From positions 124,001 through 188,000 of the forward strand of contig RSEE01000032.1 in assembly GCA_003971905.1 (NCBI GenBank): a stretch of DNA of 64,000 nucleotides, in the 5' to 3' direction. The notes under the pieces are model-generated. The model did not search any database, had not been told where the DNA came from, and saw only the letters and a list, made by a program, of their open reading frames with translations. The translations under genes were made by a program, and so were the position numbers. The stretch comes from Moniliella sp. 'wahieum' (taxonomy: Eukaryota). This document shows positions 13,089 through 26,545 of the stretch, one piece after another; within the stretch, counting starts at the first letter, position 1; every line of letters begins with the position of its first letter.

Positions 13089-13398
13089 AAATCAATCGAG
13101 ATTGGGTTGAACATGGGCTGGACGCTGCGTTGATAGTGGCGAAGAGGGCCGTGTTGGTGTGCGATGGGGTACCATAGCGCTAATAATGGGAAGCACATGA
13201 CAGACATCCAAATCACTTTATCCGAGACGCAGCATGCGTAACATCTCCGAGCGCACGCCAGCACCAGGGGCACTGGGCTGTGCCAGCACCACCGCGCCCC
13301 GTTTCTGCCCCACCACCACCATCACCATCACCATCGTTACCACCACCCCCTCCTCGGCACGCTTCTACCGCCGATCGCAACTGACGCGCCAGCAGGGA

Positions 13399-15180
13399 AT
13401 GGCGCCTTCGACCACCCTCGAGCTACAGACTCTTGAGCCTGCCGTCTTTCTCCGGCATGCCCTTCCTTCGTCGGCTCCGTCCCCGTCCACTCAGGCCGGC
13501 AACCCTACGAGCGGAGCGCAAGTCCGCGCGCTCTTGACCTTGCACTGTGCGCGTTCAACCAAGATTCGCTCCATTAAGGTTGCCCTGACCGGCACCTCGC
13601 ACTCCATTTGGCCCGATACGACTGCACATGGCGCCCACCTGGACTTGACGCATGACCAACCCTTGTTGAACTTGACCATTACCTTGTTTTCTGCGCGGGA
13701 TGCCCAGCCGGTAGAGCGGTCACCCAAGATGAGTGGCGATCAGCTCGAGCGCAAAAACGAGAGGGAGGAGGAATCTCCTGTTGTGGGAAAGGGGCTACGC
13801 AACAGGATCTCCCGCCGCGCACAGTATGAGTGCCTCTCGTCGCATCTCACTTCCCCCTACATCCGGCACCTCCACGACAGCTTCTACGCCCCTGTTGGAA
13901 ACACCAGGGGAATTGGAGTACTTCCCCGCCCCGGCCCCCCTTCCTACTCGTACGACCCCCCCCCGAAGATGGCTCTCGCCCTGCCCGAATCGTCCCTCCT
14001 GATCGCATAGGGAGCATTCGACCAGAGTCTGCTACCTCCCCAGCCTCGCCAAAGACCACGACTAAGCCGTTGAGTGGGATATTGCGGCCGTGGGAGAAGG
14101 ACAAGGACAAGGACAAGGAGAAGGACAAAGACAAGGAGGTGGACAGTCGCATTTTCAATCCTGGTACGTTTCTTCCGTTCCTTCTCCTGACATGACCGAT
14201 GTATACCATCTGCTGTGCAATGGATCAAAGCTGACATGGACAGGCTCCTATAACTTCCCAATCAACCTATCTCTTCCTGGAGGGCTTCCGCCCACGCTCC
14301 ACACTGGTACGGGGTGGAACAAGTACGTGCTCAAGGCCACAGTGGAGCGTGTGGGCGCTCTCACACCCAATCTCACGTCAGAGCGGGAGGTAACGCTGGT
14401 CCAGGCTCACGACGACGAAACTCTGGATCCGATCGTGGTTCAAAGGACATGGGAAGACGCGTTGTCCTATATGGCTGTGGTCAGCGGACGCGCGTTTGCG
14501 ATCGGCTCCGGCTCCCGCTATGGATCAAGTTTGTGCCCCAGGCCAAGGTGGCTGTGATGCGGTTGAGTGTGGCAGTGGAAGAACGAACGTCGTATTACAA
14601 GCCGCAAGCGGTGCGACATGAGCCGCCTCGACGTTGGCCTTTGCTCAAGTTGGGTGGCGAAGGCACCCTTTTCCCCTCCTCCTGTCTCGATACTATCCAA
14701 CCTTACCTCTACCCAGAGGCGTCGGATGAAGTGATAGCGCACACGCTGGATCCGCTCGGTCCTGGGAGGCGGCTTTTTCCCTGACCATACCCAAGGGTGA
14801 AATCAACCTGTCCTCGACGCACAAGGCGTCCAGTTGAAGGTTACCCATTTCATCCGAATCGTGTTCCGTGTCAAGCGACTGGATACGCAGGGCAAGTTGT
14901 TTGACATTGTGCTTGAGACTCCCATTACACTTGGACACTCACTTACGGCCGAGGACTATGTGAGTCTGCCAACTATTCAATGACGGTAGGCTTGTCGTCA
15001 TCGCAGCGTAGTGCCGTGGACCGCTGGCTGGTTTTAAGTCAGAACCAGAACCAAGATCAGAACCAGGACCAGAACCTGGGCCTCAACCCGAACCCGAACC
15101 TGAACCATCCCCCCCCTCCCCCGTACCAGGCTGCTGTCTTCTCCCGCCCAGTCGTGGGGGATGAGGATCGATGGGATTAG
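13399..15180 (+). CDS. Alpha-arrestin (ART/Rod1-like) adaptor
   Basis: Arrestin-N features (TKIRSIKVALTG; YNFPINLSLPGGLPPT..YVLKATVER), arrestin-C features (VQRTWEDALSY), PPSY and C-terminal PPPPY motifs. Confidence 0.8.
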
Positions 15181-15783
15181 AGGGGGATGGCAGCTGCGAG
15201 ACCGAGGGCGCGACAAGGGCGTATCCTCTCACTTTGTGTACCAGGTCACATGGCCAAAAATGGCAGAGCCGGAGAAAAAGAGGATTGATGCATCTATGAC
15301 ACATCCCACTTCGAGGGGTGCAGTTGGTATCGCTCCCGCTCGTGCTCCGCTAGGAGACGGGACGCGCTGCTGGGTGCGGGTGCTCCTTTTTAGGGAATAG
15401 GAAGTTAACATCATGCGAATGCCTGGAAAGACTACCTTTGACCAACCCGTCGATAACCAGTTGGGACGCAATTAAGGGATCCCAGGGACTGTTCCATCTC
15501 AGTTATTCGAAGACCAACCAACGACCCTTCCCGCGTCAGCGGCTTAACTGCTTACGGAAAAGTAGTTCTACGGAACAAATACACTTCTCGGCATCGGCGC
15601 AGTGCCTTTGAAGCCATATCACCATCTGGTCGAGCACGTTAGAATGAAGATTAATGAGGGGAAGTGCCCACGTTACTAGGGCGGCGAAAGCCGGCGAGAG
15701 GGGGCACGAGGGGGAAAGGGGGCAAGTTGAAGCTTGAAAGGGAGGGGGAGGGGATATATGCAAAACGAATCGTCCGTCTCGGT

Positions 15784-17052
15784 TCAGTTACCAGTTCCAA
15801 CTGTCGTGGTCTGGGCTGGGAGGCTGCGCCGGTGCAACCCGAGTATGGACCGGGTGGACGGCTTCTTGACGGGATCGGTACCCCAGCTGCGCAACAGGGC
15901 ACGTTCTCGTTGGGCTTCTGAATGCCAAAAGTCATGACGGGTGGCAAGCGAGGGCGCAGGTTTGTTGGGGGAGGGTGAGTCCGGGGTGGTTGGGTCATCA
16001 ATGACAATGAGGCCTTCCAGGCCACGTTCCGCCTTTGCTAACAGCGCCGCGCCTGACTTTGCTTCTGTAGTCGTGTGCTCCAGTCCCATGCGGACGAAGA
16101 CAAAGCGAAGCGGGAGGTTCGTTTGGTTTCTTCCGTCTCTGGTTTCGGGAGTGAATGAAGCGTCTCACTGGACGGTGTGGGCTGCAAGCTGTCAGGAGCC
16201 GCGTTTCAGCTGGCGCGAATTCCTGTGCAGGCAAGGTGGGCGTTGGGTCACGAGACTGTTCCTGGGACGATCTTGAGAAAACGCGGGTGGGCCGGCGCCC
16301 GGTATCGGTATGCGGTGTGTCCACATCAAAGTTGGTGGTGGGGGTAGTAGGGGTGGCCGGCGCCGCCAAGGCATCGCCCAAAAACGAGTGCAGGCGGCCA
16401 GACCAATCCTTCAATGCGTGGGTCGCAGCTGCCTGCATCGCAGCCAGGTCCGGTGTTCCATCCTCCTCAGATTGTAGTGCACTCGACAGGGTTTGGGAGA
16501 ATGAGCGAGTGTGTGGTGGGTCCGTTCCTGGTGCTGTGCCCGTGGGGCTAGAGGAGGACTGATGCTGAGCCAGGGTTTGGGCCATGGCTTCTTTCCACTC
16601 GGCCGCAAACGGGCAACTTCAGCCTCGTGACGGGCAAGCTGCTCGCGCAATTCGAGGCATTTTTGCTCGTGCGATGCTATGGACGACAGCAAGTGGGCCG
16701 TTTGTCCATCGCCGTCTCGCTGGACGGGGGAAAAGGCAAGTCGTTCAGCGATGGGGGGGAGACTGCTGGTTGTGCTGGAGACGCTCAGTTGCGCACGTGG
16801 CGAGACGAGGGCGATGGGGAGGGGGAAACGAATGGCTCGGAGGCGGGCGTCGACACGCGGGAGGAGGTAGGGGTGGATACGTAGGCAATGCTACTTTTGC
16901 GGCGCGCGTGGCGGTCAGACAAGCGCCGGGCGAGGACAGCAGAGGGGGGGCCGAGGCGGAGGGTGAGGGGGAGAAGGAGGGGGACGGGGACGGAGCATCT
17001 GCAGGCGCCGGGGAGGGTGCTCCGGCGTCGGGGGCCCATCAAGGGCGGCCAT
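15784..17052 (-). CDS. Hypothetical coiled-coil protein (fungal DUF4048-like)
   Basis: LSSIASHEQKCLELREQLARHEAEVARL coiled coil within Ser/Pro-rich ORFs that chain by indels. Shares a divergent promoter with the next gene. Confidence 0.5.
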
Positions 17053-17320
17053 GCTGGAGGAGGAGATGGAGATGGAGGTGAGGTGGAGGTGGAGGTGGCG
17101 GTGGAGGTGGATGGTGGAGGTGGAGGTGGCGGTGAGCGGTGGAGGTGGATGGGAGGTGGTGGAGACGGAGGTGGAGCCCCAGAAGCTCGCTTGCCAGCTC
17201 GCCGCGGCGCGCCGCGCCACGGTGCAACATTTCAGAATTGCATCTCGCGTGTTGTTTGGTCGGCGGCCATCCTCGTCGCCCACCACCTACACCTCGTCGC
17301 GCCTCCGCCCGCTCTGTGCC

Positions 17321-20055
17321 ATGGCGTCTGCTCCGGCGGCGGCCACGCCCGTCTCGTACCGCAAGCGCCTCCCATGTCATGAGCGCACGCCAGCTCCGCG
17401 CTACCAGCGCACCATCGACCGCTCAACCCGCGCCCCCAGCCTCCCTGGCGACGAGGCGACCCCGACACCGCGCCAGCGCCAACGACGGGACGTCGAGTAT
17501 TGGATCAGTCGCCGCATCGATGCTCCCTACGGGCAACCCCAGCTCCCATCGGGCCCCGCGGTGCCCTCGTCTTTTGTCGCCGAAAAGTCTTTCGTGCACC
17601 CGCTCACTCGCGCCTGGCGCCCGTCACGCCTCGGGCCAAGGAGCGCGCCGCCAAGGAGCGTGCCGCGTCGACGCGCAACGGCGGCTCGCGCACCAACCCA
17701 CCTTCCTCCTCGCCTACGCGCCCCTCTCTTTCCCAATGCTTCTGCTGCAGTGGGTACGGCACCTGCCTCTCTTGCGGTGCCGGTGGGCGACCTGGACACC
17801 CAGGGCGCCCTTTTGATCCAAGACCTTCTTTTTGTTCTCCAAGGCATTGAGGGCGAGTTTTCACCTTTGCGCCCTCGTAAACCCTGCCAAGCGAGAACAT
17901 ATAGTAGTTGGCCCTGAGTTTGTGGTGGACCAGGCGTTTGACGCGTCGCTGCGCGACTTGGTCCAGCGCATCCTCCCGCTCGCCAAATACTATGTCTCCA
18001 TCAAGCTTTTGTCGAGCTGGAATCAGACTTGAACTTTGGTACGGTCGTTCACGCGCTGTGCGCATCGATCCGCAAAGTTATCCACGTACGTTATTTCGTT
18101 TTTGGTCTTGCGGGGTGGGGGTATGGGCAGTGATGGTTAACAACTAACACGGTATTTGTTGTGCAGAATTACACCATCCTCCTTGCCCAGTTGGAACACG
18201 AATGGTCCACCTCGCCTACGTTTACGCTGCACAAACTATGGCTGTGCGTACACAAGACGCTGGCACATTACTGTCCTGCATGCCTTTACTGCAGAGGTGG
18301 CAACGATATCCCACGCCGACATTCTGGAGAAGGATGACGATGAGAGGAGGGGATGATGATGATGATGATGATGAAAATGAGGAGTACGCCGAGCTGGCAC
18401 GGCAGCGCCGCGAGCTTCTTGGGTACAAGGATGACGAGGAGGAACCGACGGGATCATTGGGGCCTGGTCAAAGGGGGGGAGATCCTTGCAATGCTATGGA
18501 ACGGGTGGCGAAAACGTCGGGTGATCCTGCAGCTCACCAACTTTTTGTGACCTTGTTTGCTGATGCCTCGCACCCTTACCGTACCATTCCTCCTCCGTTG
18601 GATCACCACCGCCACCTTTCGGACCCCTACGACGAGTTCATTATTCTGGAGGACACTTCGGTCACCCAAGCTTCTCTTCTGAGCGCCCGACCGACGAGTA
18701 CTGGGAGCTGCGCTACACACTTCGGGACGAGCGACTGCTGGCCGAACGGGAACAGTTTGCGCCAGCGCGGTATCGACCCGGACGAATCGGACGGCCCAAC
18801 ACCGCGTGGGATTTTTACAGGGGGCGCGCGAGTTCCTGCGTTCCTCGAGGCGTGGAAGCACAAGATCCTCTTGGCGGCAAATACTTGAATGTGCTGCGCG
18901 TGTGGGATGGACTTGCCGCCACTGTCAACAGAGGAAGTGAGGAACCGGACCTGCACGACCCACGCTTCTTTGCCTTGATTGATCGAGCGTACAATCGTGC
19001 AAATGAGCGGTTGTTGAAGGTGCTACTGGTGGAGCAGGACATTGTGGGACGTTTGCGCAGCGCAAACACTACTTCGTTATGGACCAAGCCGATTTTTTCC
19101 TCTCCTTTTACGAGCAAGGTCTTCCGGATCTTCGCAGCTCGTTCTTTCGGTCGCGCGGGGCATGCGCCGATGCGCCTGAGCCAACAATTGGGTATGGTTC
19201 TTGGCTCCTCTACCACTGTCGGCTGGTCCGATCCGTACAAGGAGGACGTGGTGGTGGAGTGCCACCGGGAGAAAGTGTACACCTATCTGATCCGTGTCGG
19301 AGAGACGAAGGGAACGCTGGGCAAGCGCCCTGCGTTGCCTAAGGCGGACGAACAACTGCGGGTGTTGGATGTGTTCCAATTTGACCTCAACGTTCAGTTC
19401 CCCGTCTCCCTAGTGCTGAGCAAGAGCTCGATCGTGCGGTGGCAGGATCTGCAGCGTATTGTGGTCCACCTCAAGGTGCTGGAGCACCAACTTTCGCGCA
19501 TGTGGGCCGAGCATGGCGAGCGGCTTTGGACGCGACGGGTGCGCCGGTTCCCCGCATTGGAGCAGTGGAAGCGGCGTATCTTCTTTCTGCGACACAGTAT
19601 GCTTTTCTGGGTCAGTCCACCCTCCACTTTGCCACGTGCGAGGTGCTGGAACCAACCTGGAACGAGATGTTGGTGCGGATCGATGCGGTGCAGACGGTGG
19701 ACCAACTGATGCGGCACCACTTTTGGTTCCTCAACACGGCGCGGCGAGCGCTGATGCTGACCAACCCAGAGTGTGAAGCGGCATGCGCGGCAGACGCAGG
19801 TGGTGGAGTACATGTTGACGTGCTCCACCCAGCTGCGTGACCAACTGATGCAGGAGCAAGACAAGGCCGATGGCGGCAACGGACGCGGACGAGCTGGAGC
19901 TGGACCCATCTGTCGAACCCTTCCTGGGCCAGGTGGCCAGCGCCTGGACCAAGCACTCGCGCACCTACCTCCACGTGCTGGACCAGCTGGCAACGTCCGA
20001 CAACCCGGCCGCGACGCCGCTGGCCAACAAGCTGGAGGCGACGAAGTGGTTCTGA
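17321..20055 (+). CDS. SPC97: Gamma-tubulin complex component 2 (Spc97/Alp4)
   Basis: LIQDLLFVLQGIEG; DASLRDLVQRILPLAKYY; DPYDEFII; KILLGGKYLNVLR; VQFPVSLVLSK; EVLEPTW..VQTVDQLMRHH. Confidence 0.88.
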
Positions 20056-20262
20056 CTGATGTGGATGACTTGATGGCGGATGTGTATACTTGTTGGTGTT
20101 GTGTGCAACGTGATGAGCTCGACTAGCGTGGCCAGCAGCCGTAGTAGTGTAGTGGTTTTAAATTTGCTACAGCCGCTTTGGTTCCTCCGTCAGAGGGCCA
20201 TTTTTTTTTCTTTTCAGCCGTCCTGCTCCCTCCACCGACTTGCCCCCACTTGATTGGCCGCC

Positions 20263-21340
20263 ATGGCGCTCATCCTTGTTTCCGGCCTGCCCTGCTCCGG
20301 CCGCACCACGCGCGCTGAGGAACTGCGCGCGCAGCTGGAGCGCCGCCTTGCCGACTCGCCTCTGCGCTCGGTCGTGCTCGTGTCGGACGCAACGGCGCAC
20401 AACCCGCTCCTGCTATGCCACCCAGCGCACCGAAAAGCCCGCCCGCGCTGCCTACCTCTCGGCAGTGACGCGTCACCTCGCCCCAGACACGATTGTCATT
20501 GCCGATGGTGGGGCCGGGCTGAACATCAAGGGGTTCCGCTACCAGCTGTGGTGTGCGGCGCGGGAAGAGCAGGTGCGCTGTGTGTCGGTGCAGGTGCATG
20601 CGCCGCCGGAAACGTGTCGGGAGTGGAACGAGGCGCGAAAGGCGGCAGGTGCGGATGGATACGATGCTGATACGTGCGTTGCTGTGCTCCTTGGGTCCCC
20701 CACCAGAGAGGGAGGCTGTGTGGGCAGACAGACAAACACAACAGTGTACTAACACCGACGCGCAGCCTGGACGAACTACTGCAGCGGTACGAGGAGCCGA
20801 ACAATATGACGCGCTGGGATCAGCCCTTGTTTATCGTCCCCTCCGTTCCCGCGCGGATGCCGGGCGACGAAGAAGGCGGCAGTGACGGACCCCAGGCGCC
20901 CGAGCCCCTACCGATCGAGGAGATCTGGCAAGCGGTCACAAAGGGCGCCGCGGTACGAGCACCGGGGGTGGTCGCGCGGCAGCAACCAACAGCAGGAAAT
21001 TACCTTACGCTCCTCGAGACGGCGACGCAGGCCGTGGTGGGGGCGCTTCTGGAGCGCGCGCAGCCTGGGTCTGCCCGAGGCGGGGGGGCCGGTGCAGCTG
21101 CGGGTGGAGCTGGGGGAGGGGGCGGTGGCGGTGGTGGTGGTGGAGCTGCCGGCGCTGGGACGGCCGCTGGGGCGGCCGCTGCTGGAGCGGCACCGGCGTG
21201 GGTTCGTGCGCATGCACAGCACGGGCATGGCCTCCGTCAACGCGGTGGGCGAGGCGGCGCGCGGAGGCGCGCAGGCCGGCGGCGAGCAGGAGATCGCGCG
21301 TCGGTTTGCGAGTTGGCTAAGCGAGGTGTTGTCGGTGTAA
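20263..21340 (+). CDS. KTI12: Elongator-associated Kti12
   Basis: MALILVSGLPCSGRTTRA P-loop; NIKGFRYQLWCAARE; RYEEPNNMTRWDQPLF. Intron near 20672-20765. Confidence 0.93.
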
Positions 21341-21472
21341 ATCCTAGCGGTGGCTTAATTAATGCGTCTCCAATTCCTCCGTGCCCATAGCCGATTCCAT
21401 CGCACACAGACCGACGTAAAACACGCCCACACACCAACACCACCGCCGCCTCGTCCGCCGCCGCCCGCGCCC

Positions 21473-22950
21473 ATGGCCTCCCGCCCGCCCGCGCCCCCCC
21501 CCCCCCATCGGCCGCGTCGACACCGTCGGCCTCCGCGCCGCGCTCGAGACCGCCCTCCCTGCCGCTGACGCCCCCCTACTGGGCCGCCTTCGTCGACTTT
21601 GTCTCCGGCCGCATTTCCCGCACCGAGTTTGCCCACCTCGCCCAGCCGCTTCTCTGCCTACGCGCGACCTCGTTGCCCTGCACAATGCCCTCGTCGTCGG
21701 CCTCCTCTACAACGCCAGCCCCGGCGTGCCTGGCCCCACGCTTGCGCACCGCTTCGCCTCCGCGCGCACCTTTGCTGATGCCGATGCCGATGCCGGACCA
21801 CACCACCCCCCCCCCCCCATAAGCGCCTCCGCACCATGGTCGCCGCTCTGACGAACCGCGAACGCTCGGCGCTGAAGGCTGTTGGCGTCCGTCGCACTGC
21901 ACCCGATGGCTCCCGACTCGTCAGCCTCGACTGGGCCGGTATGGCCGCTGGCCTGCTCGAGCGCAAGCGTCGCGACGACGACCGTCGCCGGCAGGTCGAG
22001 GAGAAAAAACGGTTCCGCCAAACGCGTCGACCGCGATCGGTGCGCGCGACTGGCACACTGATGCTGTAGCTGGCCACGAATTCGTTGAGGCGACCCACAA
22101 CCGCCTGCCGGCCAGTACGTGAATGAGCAATGCGCGTCTCGGTGCGCGTACTAACTCTCCCTCCTCCTCTTCTCCCCTCCCCCCCTGTTTGATTTTGCAT
22201 TTGCACAGGTGTCCAGCAATCGCTTCAGCGCGCTACCGTTGCACCACTCTGCCTCACCGCCAAAGAGCTGCCCGATACGGAGACACTACGCGACCGCATG
22301 ACCCTCGTCGCGGTCAAGCACGGCTTGACGCAAGGTGTGCACCCCCAAGCGGCGTCCATCCTGCTCCTTGCTCTCCAGGTACGTTCATATCCTTTTCCTT
22401 TGCTCTCACGACCACTCCAAGGCTCAACGTTCCCTTCTTTTCTCCCTTTCTCTCTCTCACTCTCCTTCTGCCGTACCTAGGACCACCTGCAAACACTCGC
22501 GAGCCTGACGCTGCGCAAGCTACGGCCCCGCACCACCGATGGCGCGCCGTCGGAGCGTGCCCGGCGAGGAATCACCCTACCCGACCTGGACTTTACGCTG
22601 GACGCTACTCCATCGAGTGTGGTGGAGCCGCTGGGGCTGGGTCCGGCCGAACGACGCGTGATGCCCGACTGGGCGGAAAAGAACAGGTGGAACGGGAAAC
22701 CTTGTCGGTTCATGCCAAGGAAGCGTATGCGGGTGCGCGTCAAACTGCTGTGGCCAAACTGTCGCTGCCCAGCCCGGCGCGCGCGCGCTTTGCCATTGAT
22801 ACCCTGGCGCCGGCGCGGTTGTTCGTGCCTGACCTGCCGCCAGGCAAGGAGGAGCAGCCCGCGCCGCTCTCGCCGCCCCCGCACGGGCCGGTACCATCTA
22901 TGGGAAGTGGTGGATCCCGTGGCGCTATTGGACGGGGTCTAGGGATCTAG
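21473..22950 (+). CDS. ADA1: SAGA subunit Ada1/Hfi1 (SAGA-Tad1 domain)
   Basis: RVDTVGLRAALE..YWAAFVDFVSGRISRTEF..HNALVVGLLYNA; ELPDTETLRDRMTLVAVKHGLTQGV histone-fold region. Two introns. Confidence 0.75.
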
Positions 22951-23013
22951 GTTTCTAGCACGAGCGAATACATACATGTACAGGATTCCATACATTAGTC
23001 CATACCTCCCTTG

Positions 23014-26000
23014 TTAGTCTGGGTAGCGCATCATCGGGTCCAGCCGGTGACGAGGAGGGCAGCCCATTCGGCTTCGCTCTGGGATCGGGTGCGAGCTTCG
23101 ACCTGAAGCAGGCGAAGGTCTTGCTCCGCTTCGTCGAGTTGCGCTGCAGTTCGTCGCGTGACTCTTTGTCCAAGCCAGCTGGAACGGCGGGCTTCTGAGC
23201 CGGCTCGGCCGACCGCGAGCCGCGCCCCGACCGCTCCACAATACGCAGGGCCCGAACCAAAGTGGCAAAGCGGGTATCAAACTGACACAACAGGGTGTGG
23301 GCCTTGGTTTCGGTTTCGGTTTCGGTGTGTGAGGGGTCGTCGTCGGCTGCGACCAACTTGGCAAAATTGAGAATCAGCTGGAACAGCTCGTCCATCATCT
23401 TGCCCACATTGGCCTGGGCCGACTTTTGGAACAGACACCCCATCCGTCCAGGACCTGTTCATGGTACCGCAGGGCAGAAGATATCGAGCTCTGCACTCCC
23501 CTTGGACTGCGTCCCCCTGGTAGACACGGCGCGACTGCGAAAGGAAGGTGCGGCGGAACCTTCGTCGCTTTCCTCAGCCTCCTCGTCTTCTTCCTCGTCC
23601 ACGAGAAGGAACTGATCCTGTCGTTCCACGTGGGCTTGCAGCTGAGCTAGGCGCGATTGGAACGTATCCCACATATCCTTGATTGCCACTTGCTCCACGT
23701 GGGCGCCAAGGTGGGTGACAAAGTGTTGGGCTCGGGTAAAAGAGAAAAAATACATCGCTGCGCGCAGCTCGTAACTTGAAGAGGGTGGTGTACAAGCCGC
23801 GTAGAACCACTTGTAGACGCATGACACGCAACAGAACGTTGAGCACTCGTTGGTAGCTCAGCTGCGCCTGGGCTGTCAGCAACGGCGCAATCAACGCCGG
23901 CGGCGTAAAACTCAGGGTAAGCCAATCCAGGGCATCAATGGCTAAAAACATCACATGGTCAGCTTGCATACAGACAAAAGGGTAGGAGAGGAGGAAGAGG
24001 AGGAAAAGGGGAACGGGAGGACCTACATTCGGGATGTTGCCAATGGGACCGTTTCCGGCCTCGGATTTTGGTCAGGTGCGGATCGATAATGGCAAACGAA
24101 AGCCGCTCATCCAGATCCAGCAACACGTCCCGCTTCTGGCCCCGCGCGCTGGCTTCTTGGCGTGCCCAAGCGGTGCGCCAGCCAGCCACGGCCTCCAGCA
24201 CCGCCGCATTGAACCGGGGTGCAATCGTCCCCCGAGGGCGGCCATAGGGGACCTAAGGCAGGGTTGAGTCCCTGTGCCAAAGGACGAACATTGATGCCGT
24301 CGGAAAAGAGGAGCTGCTGCATTTGGTCGCAAAGGGGCACTGCCCAGCAAGAGAAAGTGTCGGCACGTGTCGAGGTACGTGGGCAGTTCCACATCGCGGA
24401 AGAAAACGCTAATCAAGCGCCCGAGATCAATTGGGACCAAGAGGAGGGTAGTTCGAGCAACCGATGCGCCGCTTTTCCCCAGCGACAGTGGGCGAGGTGA
24501 TCCACCGAGCAAACTGCTGAAATTCATCATCACTTTTATCCTCCTCGTCATCGTCAAGCGGTGGCAAGTCGCACATGGCAAAAAGAGCGAATGGGTCTTC
24601 TTTGTCTTGACGGGAGGACACAACAGAATGATGATCAACCTCGGTGTGCATCATGCGGGGGTGGTCTCGCCTGCAATACCAGTAACATCAGAATGGGCAG
24701 TACGGCTGTGCCGCCAGACCGCTACGCGATGCTGGAGCTCACGGATACGGCTTGGGCTTGGGCTCGACGCTGGGCATGTTCTTCTTCAGAGCAAAGCCAG
24801 AGGGAGGGGGAGAGAGCCTCTTCCTCCTTCTTGCCGAGGAGTTGGACGAGCGGATGATCGGGCCGGCCGCCTTGCGCAACAAACGAACCGCACGTCCTGC
24901 CTCCAACACAGAACGCGCCTTGGCAACCGAGACAACGACATGGTAATTTGGACGGCAGCAATCGGTACCACCCATCCTCCTCCCGCGCGAATCCACTGTC
25001 CTCTACTCGTGCCCCGGCCCATGGATCAGAGGTGCGGACGGGGCGTCGCGACTTTCTGCGTGAGGGTGACGACCGCCTCATCGCCGACTTGGTGGGATGG
25101 TGGGGTTCGGCTCCGGGCCAGCCTACCCAAGCGGCAACTTGGGAGCGCCAGTCGTACGTGACCTTTTCCAGGACCCAGAGGAGGGTACGCTGCACCATTG
25201 GGACGCTTCCCTGGAGGGAGGAGACGTAGTGGGCAATAGACATGGTTCAGTACCTTGGCTGGCACAGCAGGATCAAAAGACATCTTGAAAGGTGGGAACG
25301 GTGGGGCGAGCAGTCGAGCAAACGGCACAAAGCCAGAATCGCCTTGGTCTCTTCCAGCTCGTTGGAGAGAGTCAGTGCGCCGCCCCGGGGAAGCCAGCGC
25401 CGCAAACGCTGCACCACCCATGCCAACACCACCTCACGGCCCGCACTAGGGCCCGAAGCTCCTGTCCTGGGGGATCGGCGTGAATAAGATCGATGCCTTG
25501 CTGCTGCAGGCGGCGAAGCATGGTGCCCACATCGAGAAAAGGGCGGAGAAGGGATTGGGTGGCGGGGGCGCTCATGCCCTCGATCCGCTCGGAGCCCTTC
25601 CAGTCGGGAAAAGGTGGTACGGTGGAGTGGGAGTGAGGCCGTTCCGCAAGGATGGTCTTGACAACGTCGAGGTATTGCTTGGTGCGCTGTTGCTGGGCCA
25701 GCGTGCCGGCCCAGCGGTACTGGGCACGAGACGCGTCCCACTGGAACAGATCGTTCCCCACTCCTCTCGTCGCGACGGCCACAAGCGATGCAAGTACGGC
25801 GGTGATGTCGTGCACGGGCGCAGGACGCGGGACGGAAAATCGGCCTCCGCTGGGGCGCATGACGTGCTTCTCGACACTGCAGGGAGAAGAGGAAGGGTGG
25901 TCGGGTCAGCGTGCTCCGGGATGCGGGCGCGGGGGCTCACCTGTGCATCAGGCCTCGAGCCGCGTGGCCTGGGAAGACGCGGAGGCAGACGCAGACACAG

Positions 26001-26284
26001 GGGATCTGGATCGGTTATGCGTTGGGTGCGCAGCATCTCCCGCCGAGGAGGGGCGTGCTGGAGCTCGTGCCACTGCGTCCAGGTGGGGCACGCGCAGAGG
26101 GGCGCTGCTGGCGGCGGGGCTGTCGTCCTGCTCATGGGCGGCGCGGGTGGGGGCGGTGGGCGACGCGGGCGGCGGCGATGGCGGGGGCGGCGGGCGCGTC
26201 GGCGGGCGGGAGGAGCGGGAGGCGAAGGGCGGGAGCGCGTCGGCGGCGGCCGCGGCGGGCAGCGGCGGGAGCGCACGCGTCCAT
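23014..26284 (-). CDS. Gamma-tubulin complex component, GCP6-like (Spc97/98 family)
   Basis: VATRGVGNDLFQWD; LDERLSFAI; DALDWLTLSFTPPALIAPLLT..YQRVLNVLLRVMRL. Start uncertain (26135 or 26284). Confidence 0.72.
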
Positions 26285-26317
26285 GGCGGAGAACAAACGC
26301 AGCCCAGGCGAACAGAC

Positions 26318-26349
26318 ACATACAAATACAAATACAAATACAAATACAA
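26318..26349. repeat. (ATACAA)n microsatellite
   Basis: About 5 tandem copies. Confidence 0.85.
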
Positions 26350-26431
26350 CCCAACCAAACGCCCCCCGCAGCACATCACGTGCCATGACGTACCCTTCCT
26401 TTCCCGGCCCTGTCCCGACTGACAAGCACCA

Positions 26432-26451
26432 CTAGGGTTGCCCAACCCTAG
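26432..26451. promoter_or_regulatory. Perfect 9-bp inverted repeat containing AACCCTA (telobox-like)
   Basis: CTAGGGTTG-CC-CAACCCTAG between the divergent GCP6-like and GUS1 starts. Confidence 0.45.
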
Positions 26452-26545
26452 CGTGTGATCGTCCTCTTTTTCGTTCCGAGCTGTTAAGAAACAGCCCACG
26501 CCGCCGCTTCCGCCCCCGCCCACCACCCCCCTCTGCGTCGTCGCC

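Noticed and set aside
17055..17180. (GGAGGT)n repeat ORF MEMEVRWRWRW
   Set aside because: A simple purine-rich repeat in the 5' region of divergent genes, with no supported product.
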